DNA from: Promethearchaeota archaeon
GTDB taxonomy: Archaea > Asgardarchaeota > Lokiarchaeia > Sigyniarchaeales > SOKP01
Length of the DNA: 64,000 bases
NCBI GenBank assembly: GCA_048941265.1
Contig: JBHLNT010000008.1
Location: 1,260-65,259, forward strand
Direction: 5' to 3'
A program made the position numbers and the translations under genes. Shown one piece after another: positions 27,781 to 35,163 of this stretch. A model generated the notes under the pieces. That model saw only the letters and a program-made list of their open reading frames with translations, was not told the DNA's origin and did no database searches. Positions within the stretch are counted from its first letter, which is position 1. The number at the start of each line of letters is the position of its first letter.

Positions 27781-28989
27781 TCATAATTTTTTAGCATTAT
27801 TCAGCTTATTCTGAGGTTTTTCTGAGATTTCAATCTCTTCCATTTCTTTTACTTTTTTAAAGAATTTCACGGGTTTTGACTCGTCAAACGGCGTGTCGCA
27901 CACCCAGCACAAGTTTTCTAAATTGCTTAATGTTCGTGCACAATTTTCGCAATATAAAGTGTCGCATTCAGGGCAAATATATATATTAAATCGAGCTACT
28001 TTATTTTTACAAACTAAGCAAATTTTCTTTTCTTTAGAAATTGAAACTTCTTCTTCAGTCATTTTTTCAGGTTTTGTGAAAACTCCCCGAATTCCAATGT
28101 TGGTTTGACTATCTTGACTTTTTTCACGTTTTATCCATCTAATTAAAAAAAAACACTCAAGAAAGTAAAAAATGAGATATATAAATGAACCTAAGACATA
28201 TTCAATAGTTTTTACAACAATAACATTATAAATAGTAGAAAACAAAACGCAAACGATTAATGTGAGAATAAATAAATACCAATACTTGATATCACGTGCA
28301 AAGAATTCGGGATTGAATACTGTTGGAGCCATACATAAAAATATTCCAAAAATACATAAAATGGGAAAAATTAATATTGGCGTGTTTTCTAATCGCATTA
28401 CTACTGGATTTATATAAATTATAAAGAATCCTATAAAAAAAGTACCTAAAATAATGAAAGATGTAGCCGCTCTCAGTTCCTTTAGAGACCTTTTCATGAG
28501 CGTAAAAAGGGTATGCAAATAATACAATCCCATTATTGTAAATGTGTAAGCAAAAAGTTCATAGATTGCTAATTCATAGGGTAATAGAATAATCAATGAG
28601 ATAATTGCTACGCATAAAATCGGTGCAAGATGTATTTTTTTTTTAAGGATTTTCTCATAAGTATAAAAATAATAGATATATGCTGCCCAATAAGAGATAT
28701 ACGCACCTTTAATTAACCACATATAAAATAATGAGGGATTCTCAAAATTTCCCCAATAAATATGTCCAATATACTTCCCTTCTAAATAAAAAAAGCTAGA
28801 ATTTATTAAAATTAAGTAAATTGTGATAAATATAAATAAAAAAGCATACCCATTGTTAATAGACTTTTCAGCGGGATTCTCCTTTCTCTTAGCTAACGCA
28901 AAATATTGGAGAGCTGTAATGAACGAAAGAATAGTCGCTATACCAATTAAATAAACATCAAAAACACTAAAAATGATAACATTTCCTAT
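27781..28989 (-). CDS. polytopic membrane protein with C-terminal eight-cysteine RING-like (C4C4 cross-brace type) zinc finger
   Basis: The track ORF is 27781..28722. The frame stays open for 89 more codons that encode TM-like sequence up to 28989. The C-terminus reads CLVCKNKVARFNIYICPECDTLYCENCARTLSNLENLCWVCDTPF (C-x2-C-x11-C-x2-C-x4-C-x2-C-x10-C-x2-C). Confidence 0.7.
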   Translation of the reverse strand: MGNVIIFSVFDVYLIGIATILSFITALQYFALAKRKENPAEKSINNGYAFLFIFITIYLILINSSFFYLEGKYIGHIYWGNFENPSLFYMWLIKGAYISYWAAYIYYFYTYEKILKKKIHLAPILCVAIISLIILLPYELAIYELFAYTFTIMGLYYLHTLFTLMKRSLKELRAATSFIILGTFFIGFFIIYINPVVMRLENTPILIFPILCIFGIFLCMAPTVFNPEFFARDIKYWYLFILTLIVCVLFSTIYNVIVVKTIEYVLGSFIYLIFYFLECFFLIRWIKREKSQDSQTNIGIRGVFTKPEKMTEEEVSISKEKKICLVCKNKVARFNIYICPECDTLYCENCARTLSNLENLCWVCDTPFDESKPVKFFKKVKEMEEIEISEKPQNKLNNAKKL

Positions 28990-29186
28990 TTAAATTCACC
29001 TTTTCTGATCAATTAAAGCTAGTTCCAAATAATCTCTTTTTATCAAAAAGTAATCATCCATATTCGCCTAGTTCAACTAACGTGAATCTACTACTAATAC
29101 GTGCCTAATTTTACTATTTCTCCCTTACTTTATAAATTTTTTACTTTTTTTGACTATCAATCCATCAATTTATTCATTTCTTTAAA

Positions 29187-29849
29187 CTATTTTCTTCCTT
29201 TTTTCATAATAATCTTCATAGCCTTTATATACACAGGCGTCGGGATTATTTCTATGTTTTGAATGAAGTTAATCGAGAAAGGTCGATCACATCGAGAACA
29301 AAGTCTCGAGCTTTTTAACCAACTTCTAAACTCATCAGCGTGTGCTGGGTGTCCACAGTGAGGACAAATAACAATTCCTCTTTTCTCATCTGCAGGAAGT
29401 TTTGGTAATTGAAAACAAAATATACATTTGAAATCTTCCTTATAAAGAATTGTACCTCTTGGTCTTAACTTATTTAGACTATATGTCTTTTTTTTAGCAG
29501 CTGAGTTTCCAGTAGCATAAGTTCTATGAATTGACGCTGAATTCGACGTTGTTTGACTGTATGTTTTTTGAGTGCTTCTAGTCCTTGTATAGTTCATAGG
29601 ATTAGTATTAGAGCGTATGGTGGTGCGTGAGATAGTGCGGGATGTTGTATGATTTACAGTTCGTGTAGGAGTTCGTCTAATAGTATGAGATGTTGTACGA
29701 TTTACAGTTCCTGTAGGAGTTCGTCTGGTAGTGTGAGATGTTGTACGATTTATTGTCCCTCTAGGAGAACGTGTATTGGTGCGATAAGTTGTAGTCTGTG
29801 GTTTTGAAAATAAATTAGCTAGCTTAGCAAACCATCTCTTTTTAGCCAA
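29187..29849 (-). CDS. Thr/Arg-rich tandem-repeat protein with C-terminal RING-H2-like zinc finger
   Basis: The C-terminus is CIFC-x16-CPHCGHPAHADEFRSWL-x7-CSRCDRPF. This resembles the RING-H2 pattern C-x2-C...C-x-H-x2-H...W-L...C-x2-C. The N-terminus has three 16-aa repeats (RTPTGTVNRTTSHT..). TTG start. Confidence 0.7.
   Translation of the reverse strand: MAKKRWFAKLANLFSKPQTTTYRTNTRSPRGTINRTTSHTTRRTPTGTVNRTTSHTIRRTPTRTVNHTTSRTISRTTIRSNTNPMNYTRTRSTQKTYSQTTSNSASIHRTYATGNSAAKKKTYSLNKLRPRGTILYKEDFKCIFCFQLPKLPADEKRGIVICPHCGHPAHADEFRSWLKSSRLCSRCDRPFSINFIQNIEIIPTPVYIKAMKIIMKKGRK
29638..29781. repeat. 48-nt tandem repeat, 3 copies, inside the RING-H2-like gene (encodes the 16-aa T/R-rich repeat)
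   Basis: Units at 29638..29685, 29686..29733 and 29734..29781 were read directly. Copies 1 and 2 are near identical and copy 3 is more diverged. Confidence 0.8.
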
Positions 29850-29888
29850 TTTTACACACCACTATTTTTAATTATTTAAAATATAATA

Positions 29889-29925
29889 TAAAAAAAAAAA
29901 AATTAAGGGAAGGCATAAAGCCTTC
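29889..29925 (-). terminator. hairpin (GAAGGC/GCCTTC) followed by an oligo-T run on the minus strand, just after the Ubl gene stop
   Basis: Stem arms are at 29909..29914 and 29920..29925, with a 5-nt loop. On the minus-strand transcript the hairpin is followed by a run of ~12 T. Oligo-T tracts are established archaeal termination signals. Confidence 0.45.
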
Positions 29926-29929
29926 ATTT

Positions 29930-30277
29930 TTAACCTGCGGTACTAGCAGGGATTAAGAGGACTTCGTCTCCATTAGATACACTATAATTGTTAAGGGGCA
30001 TTCCATCATCCATAGTCACTCCACCCGAGGAAAGGTGAAAATCAGCTGGATTTAAACCAAAAATATTTCCAATGGTTCGCTTAATATCATTTACGGCAAT
30101 GCCGTCATTAACAGTTAACTTCTGCTTTTTCTCACCAGGTCCAATCGTAGATGTGAAATAGAGTGCAATATTTCTCCCTCCTGCTGTGGGAGTCTTGCCA
30201 GCTGGAGTTTTTGATCTTGGTACTGGGACTTCAATATCCTCTGCTAAATCCTCATCAAATTCATCTTTAAAGCTCAT
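29930..30277 (-). CDS. ubiquitin/SAMP-like beta-grasp protein ending in a free C-terminal Ala-Gly
   Basis: The C-terminal ~70 aa (KKQKLTVNDGIAVNDIKRTIGNIFGLNPADFHLSSGGVTMDDGMPLNNYSVSNGDEVLLIPASTAG-stop) follow the ThiS/MoaD/SAMP/ubiquitin tail pattern (..L.dGDEV.liP...G). The N-terminal ~45 aa are acidic and proline-rich. GGAGTG SD lies 6 nt before ATG 30277; the track starts at GTG 30286, inside the SD. Confidence 0.7.
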   Translation of the reverse strand: MSFKDEFDEDLAEDIEVPVPRSKTPAGKTPTAGGRNIALYFTSTIGPGEKKQKLTVNDGIAVNDIKRTIGNIFGLNPADFHLSSGGVTMDDGMPLNNYSVSNGDEVLLIPASTAG

Positions 30278-30540
30278 AATTATCACTCCTTTTATTTGTT
30301 TTCTTATGATTGTTTTACTTAATTAAATGATACTGGTGGGATTATTTGAATGAATTAGGAATAAATGTGAAGAGTTTTATTATTCAAAAAAAAGAGAAAT
30401 TGAAACAATCAAAGTTTCTTAAATAACAATACTATAAATTGAGTGAACGAATAATAAATCTTATAGGTACAATATTTTATCTTAGAAAGAAATAAGCTTG
30501 ATAAAAACAGAGCTATTTAATGTGAGCAAAAAATTCCATT

Positions 30541-31212
30541 ATGAACGCTTCGGATAATGCTGAAAATGTAGTTTTAGGAATAATGAGAGAGTATTTGTCA
30601 AGGAAGCCTTTCTTTTCGATGAAAGATATAGTGGAATTTGTAAATAACCGGGTTAGAAATATCCCTGATATAAATAAGAATAGAATCGAACTCATTACTA
30701 AATCCTTTATCAAGAATAGAATAATAATTCCAGGAACTAAGTTAATGAAAAAGGATATTGTTAATAATCCAACAAGAAATGAAATTTATAAATACATAAA
30801 ACAAAATCCTGCTAAAAATATCAATGAAATTATGAAAGTGCATAATTTAGGGAGTAATTTGGCATTGTGGCATCTTTCTGCGTTGGAAAAATTTCAATTC
30901 ATAAGGTCTAAAAAAATTAGGAATCAATGTGTATTTTTTAAATTTGAATCAGATCCGAAATTTGATCATTTATACTATTATATGGCAAATGATATTGTCC
31001 AGTCTATTATTAATCTCATGAAGAATGATAGGCCGCTCAAGATCACAGAAATAGCTGACGGCCTTAAAAAAAATCATAATACTATAAAGAAATACTTGGA
31101 AATTTTAACCAATCTGAAATTAGTAGAAATTGAAAAAGAAAAATCAAGAGATTTATATAAATTAAATAATGAGAGGTACTTAAAAGCAGTAAAATTAGTG
31201 CGTAGAGGTTAA
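30541..31212 (+). CDS. protein with two tandem winged-helix domains (ArsR-like regulator; ESCRT-II-like double-WH cannot be excluded)
   Basis: 223 aa. The two wHTH-like units are NPTRNEIYKYIKQNPAKNINEIMKVHNLGSNLALWHLSALEKFQFIRS and IINLMKNDRPLKITEIADGLKKNHNTIKKYLEILTNLKLVEI. Confidence 0.65.
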   Translation: MNASDNAENVVLGIMREYLSRKPFFSMKDIVEFVNNRVRNIPDINKNRIELITKSFIKNRIIIPGTKLMKKDIVNNPTRNEIYKYIKQNPAKNINEIMKVHNLGSNLALWHLSALEKFQFIRSKKIRNQCVFFKFESDPKFDHLYYYMANDIVQSIINLMKNDRPLKITEIADGLKKNHNTIKKYLEILTNLKLVEIEKEKSRDLYKLNNERYLKAVKLVRRG

Positions 31213-31296
31213 ATTTAATTTACTTCATATTTAATCCTATTGAATTTTTATTGAATAAAATGAATATAATAATCGTGAGAAAATGATGATAAAATT

Positions 31297-32124
31297 ATGA
31301 CTTCAAATACATCAAAAAATAAAAAACTAAGAATTGTGGTACTATTAGCTCAATGTGCTGCTTTTATACTATTCTATCTCATTTTCTTCTTTGGAAATCC
31401 TCTTTTCTTTCTTATATTGGTTATAGGGAGTGTTGTAGTTCTATCCACCGGTACAATTTATACCGTTATACATCAAGAAAGCATGGATGATAGGATGACT
31501 GGGAAAAAACAATTCGCATCTAAAGTAAAGGCGCTTGAAAAGAGAAAAAAGCTACTAAAAGAGAAAGAAACGACTGATATTATTGAAGATTATATAGCTG
31601 AAATGCCTTTTATCCGGGAATATGTTGATTCAGATAAGTCTTATGAAGAGATGTCTTTAATTGAGAATTTTATTTTTACAGAGCTCAGTTCTAAAGAATT
31701 GGCTAAAATTAATCGTTTAGGATTAGCAGATATTGAGAAAAAACAGTTCATTAAAGAATTACTTTATTATACTCAGGAAGAAAGGAGTAATTTAATTGAT
31801 AGCATGATTGAGAACCTTTATAGACCTGATGAAGAAGTCATATATAAGCCTCCAATGACTTATGTTGAACAGACAAAAACTATTCGTGTTTATGCAATCT
31901 CATTAATAGAAGCAGGGGAGAAAAAGAAAACAATAAACATAGAATCTACAGAATTTGTAAATATAGTTAAGGATCAGTTGGCGCTTATCTTTGAGTACGA
32001 TTTGGAAGATTTTCTATTGTCTACAGGGGGTATAATCATGAACGAAAACGCCCTAATAAAAGATTATAATATTGAAGATAGGGATGAAATTGTTTTGATT
32101 CCTTCAAGAATATCTAAAAAATAA
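31297..32124 (+). CDS. membrane-anchored protein with C-terminal ubiquitin-like beta-grasp domain (no terminal Gly)
   Basis: There are two N-terminal TM helices. The C-terminal ~75 aa (TINIESTEFVNIVKDQLALIFEYDLEDFLLSTGGIIMNENALIKDYNIEDRDEIVLIPSRISKK) align with the 29930..30277 Ubl (..DF.LS.GG..M.....L..Y.....DE..LIP). Confidence 0.7.
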   Translation: MTSNTSKNKKLRIVVLLAQCAAFILFYLIFFFGNPLFFLILVIGSVVVLSTGTIYTVIHQESMDDRMTGKKQFASKVKALEKRKKLLKEKETTDIIEDYIAEMPFIREYVDSDKSYEEMSLIENFIFTELSSKELAKINRLGLADIEKKQFIKELLYYTQEERSNLIDSMIENLYRPDEEVIYKPPMTYVEQTKTIRVYAISLIEAGEKKKTINIESTEFVNIVKDQLALIFEYDLEDFLLSTGGIIMNENALIKDYNIEDRDEIVLIPSRISKK

Positions 32125-32311
32125 AATTATGTAGAATTTACTTCAAATATATTTTTTTCTTCAAAAATCCAATTTTCCTTTTGTAAACATTTAAAATTAT
32201 CTTTTTTTATTAGTAATGAAAAGTAATTATACTAAAAATACAAGGAAGATATTATTTTAAACTTAAAAATCAAGTAAATTCATCAAGTAAAAAATCTTAA
32301 AAGGGGATATT

Positions 32312-32887
32312 ATGAGCGAGGATGAGAGAGGATTAGTTTATAAAATAACTGTAATTGGTGATGGTGCTGTTGGTAAAACTTCCTTAATAAAAAAGTTTAC
32401 TAAGGGAGAATTCAATGAACAATATATAATGACAATGGGTGCCCAATTCACGCAATATCAAACTCAAGTCGAAGGAAACCCCCTAGAATTAGTTTTTTGG
32501 GACATTGCTGGACAGGAGTCATTTGCTCAACTAAGACCGAATTTCTATCAAGGTAGTAGTGCTGCGATTATTGTATTTTCCCATGAGAATAACGAAAAAG
32601 GCGAAAAGAGTTTTCAAAACATCACAAAATGGCTTAATGATGTTAAAAGAAACTGCGGAAGGCTCCCGATAATGTTATTTGGAAACAAGATAGATTTAGT
32701 CACAAATATCGATACTATAGTAAAGAATAAAGAAAATCCAAAGTCAAACTATAACGTAGATATCTTAATGAAAGATTATAACTTTTTAGGGTATTATCTG
32801 ACAAGCGCATTATCAGGGCAAGGTGTTAATCAGGCATTTAACATATTAGCCAATAAATTATATCAAATTTACAAAAATTTTGCTTAA
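32312..32887 (+). CDS. Rab/Ras-like small GTPase (complete G1-G5)
   Basis: G1 GDGAVGKTS, switch-I TMGAQF, G3 WDIAGQESF, G4 GNKIDL and G5 TSALSG are all present. There is no C-terminal Cys. GGGGAT SD. Confidence 0.9.
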   Translation: MSEDERGLVYKITVIGDGAVGKTSLIKKFTKGEFNEQYIMTMGAQFTQYQTQVEGNPLELVFWDIAGQESFAQLRPNFYQGSSAAIIVFSHENNEKGEKSFQNITKWLNDVKRNCGRLPIMLFGNKIDLVTNIDTIVKNKENPKSNYNVDILMKDYNFLGYYLTSALSGQGVNQAFNILANKLYQIYKNFA

Positions 32888-32950
32888 AATTTTTATTGTT
32901 ATCTTTTTTTTATCAAGGATGTGTATCTTCTAATTCTGTGTTTTTTGCTA

Positions 32951-33403
32951 TTAAAGTTCTAAAGTCTGAAGTCTTGAATACCCTTTTTTGATAAAATCAT
33001 AATCTAAAAGTTCAATTTTCTCAGGGATAATTCTTAAAAGAAGTTTTCGGCGACCTCTAACTATTTTTTGGGCATACTCAAACCCCACATCTCCTCCTTT
33101 TAAAAAAATTAACCGATCTTTACCTGTAGCAGTAATCTGCATTCCCTGGACTTTACCAGTATCCATGGGAGTGTATATTCCGATGCTGACAACTGGATTT
33201 TCTTCGATGTTTTTAACTTTTCTTCCAGGAGCAGGTCCCACATAAATGTTAAAATCATCTGCCTTTTTGTCTATGTAAAAATCCATGGGTGTAGCTCTAG
33301 GTATATTATTGGAGCAAGTACATAAAACTAAAACCTTCCTTTTTTTTAAAAAATCACGAATTTCATTTTTCAGCTCCTCTTCGGGCATTTGCTTGTTATT
33401 CAT
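32951..33403 (-). CDS. pyridoxamine 5'-phosphate oxidase-like FMN-binding split-barrel protein
   Basis: 150 aa. The size and pattern (..VLVLCTCSNNIPRATPMDFY....V.N...NP.VS...) are typical of the family. GAGGAT SD. Confidence 0.6.
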   Translation of the reverse strand: MNNKQMPEEELKNEIRDFLKKRKVLVLCTCSNNIPRATPMDFYIDKKADDFNIYVGPAPGRKVKNIEENPVVSIGIYTPMDTGKVQGMQITATGKDRLIFLKGGDVGFEYAQKIVRGRRKLLLRIIPEKIELLDYDFIKKGYSRLQTLEL

Positions 33404-33516
33404 GTTAAAATCCTCAAAAAACTTGGTCTATTTTTAATTAATTAAAGTAAGTTTTAATATACAATGATAAGATTTATTATTTTCAGAAAAATAAAGTTTT
33501 ATCTGATTAAGAGAAA

Positions 33517-34656
33517 TTATTCAAAAGGAATTGCATTCTCTGAATCAACCGCAGACCTTACGAATGGTGAAATAGGGCCTTTCCCTAAAACCATGATACG
33601 AGTTTTTGTATCCAGATTTGGGTCCATATTTGCACCAAATTTAATTTTGGCGTGTTCAGGAACCTCATGTGAGATGGTTGAGACAATTTTATCCACACTT
33701 GAGAGCGATAGTTTATGATCACTTGATACAGATACTAAGCATCTGTCAACTTCTTTAGTATTTGGTTTCAGAAGCGGATTATGGATAGCCAATTTTGACT
33801 TTTGAATTAAATCATTTCCTAATGTTTCAGTTATGCCAATTAATCCAGAAGGATATTTACCAGATTTTTCAAAGATTTTTCTTACATCTGCAAAATCAAT
33901 ATTGATCAAACCACAATTATTAATAAGATTGACCACCTCTCGGATGCTTCGAACTAACACTTCATCCATTATTTTAAAACATTTTAAGATTGGAGAATTC
34001 GGAAGGAGTTGCAAAAGATTATCATTTGGTATAGGAATGATGGTATCAGAAAATTCTGCTAATTTTTTAAGACCAGTTTTAGCTCTTATCCTTCTTTGCT
34101 GTCCCTCAGACCTAAATGGAATAGAACAAAACGTTACCACTAATGAATTATTCTTCTTTGCTTCTCGAGCTATAATTGGTGCTGCTCCTGTTCCAGTACC
34201 TCCGCCTAATCCACAAGTCAAAAACAAAATATCGGCTTTTAAGATTTCACGTAGACGTTTCGAATCCTCTTCTGCCGCAGCTTGTCCAACTATAGGATCA
34301 TTACCAGATCCGAGACCATTACAATTATTTTTACCAATTAATATTTTACGTTTTGCATTGCTATAAAAAAGATCATGGGCATCAGTATTGATATTTAAAG
34401 TTTCAGTGAATTGAAGACCCATTTCTTGGAGCCTTGAAATAATATTATTACCAGCACCTCCAACCCCGACCACTAATGTTCTAATCTTTAAAGCTTCCAA
34501 TAATTCTGACAAATACTCATCTGAGTCGTAATTCTGAGTTGAAGAAGCATTTTGAGAAATCTTAGAAAGAGTTTCGAATCTTGATCTAATCGAAGTATCT
34601 AATTGAGTAAAATCAGGCATTTTTAATCCTAGGGGATCCAATTCAATGTCTTTCAA
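33517..34656 (-). CDS. ftsZ: cell division GTPase FtsZ
   Basis: GVGGAGNNII, NTDAHDL, GLGSGNDPIVG, the tubulin signature GLGGGTGTGAAPIIA and the T7 loop NIDFADV are present. The start is TTG 34656 or ATG 34620. Confidence 0.9.
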   Translation of the reverse strand: MKDIELDPLGLKMPDFTQLDTSIRSRFETLSKISQNASSTQNYDSDEYLSELLEALKIRTLVVGVGGAGNNIISRLQEMGLQFTETLNINTDAHDLFYSNAKRKILIGKNNCNGLGSGNDPIVGQAAAEEDSKRLREILKADILFLTCGLGGGTGTGAAPIIAREAKKNNSLVVTFCSIPFRSEGQQRRIRAKTGLKKLAEFSDTIIPIPNDNLLQLLPNSPILKCFKIMDEVLVRSIREVVNLINNCGLINIDFADVRKIFEKSGKYPSGLIGITETLGNDLIQKSKLAIHNPLLKPNTKEVDRCLVSVSSDHKLSLSSVDKIVSTISHEVPEHAKIKFGANMDPNLDTKTRIMVLGKGPISPFVRSAVDSENAIPFE

Positions 34657-34835
34657 AATGATTGGCTCTAATATTCTTTTTACTGTATAATATGGGAATT
34701 ATATCTGAGTAATATATTAGAGTAATATACAAATAATATCTAAGAATTCCCTTCTTCATGGGGAAAAAATGAAATGAAAAAGAATATAAGTTAAAAATTG
34801 CACTATTTATAATGTAAAATAAAAGGTTACATAAG

Positions 34836-35081
34836 TTGGAAAGCGATTACAACAAAATTAAAAATGGCGAAAAGGCCCCCGTTGCAGAGGAGCTTGATAA
34901 AGATACAGTCAGTGTTAGAGCTATAATTTCTTGTCCAACGTGTGGCACTAAAAAGTCGTTTAAAAATCATTTTTCTCTAAATTCAATAGAGCAAATGGTC
35001 GTTAGTCTTAAGATTTTTGATTGGTTGACTTGCTCTCAATGTGGAGAATTACTTAAATTGGATTTAGAATTTAAAATTTAA
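34836..35081 (+). CDS. small zinc-ribbon protein
   Basis: 81 aa with CPTCGT ... CSQCGE. TTG start. Confidence 0.45.
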   Translation: MESDYNKIKNGEKAPVAEELDKDTVSVRAIISCPTCGTKKSFKNHFSLNSIEQMVVSLKIFDWLTCSQCGELLKLDLEFKI

Positions 35082-35163
35082 GTTCAGTTGTTTTGAGTTT
35101 ATTTCTAATCTTGTTTTAACAAATAAATTGTAATTTTTAAAAAAGAATTATTTTCTCTATATA

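Noticed and set aside
33833-34366. 177-aa plus-strand ORF, plus 33464..33718, overlapping ftsZ.
   Set aside because: They are antisense to an unmistakable FtsZ coding sequence and have no motifs or SD of their own.
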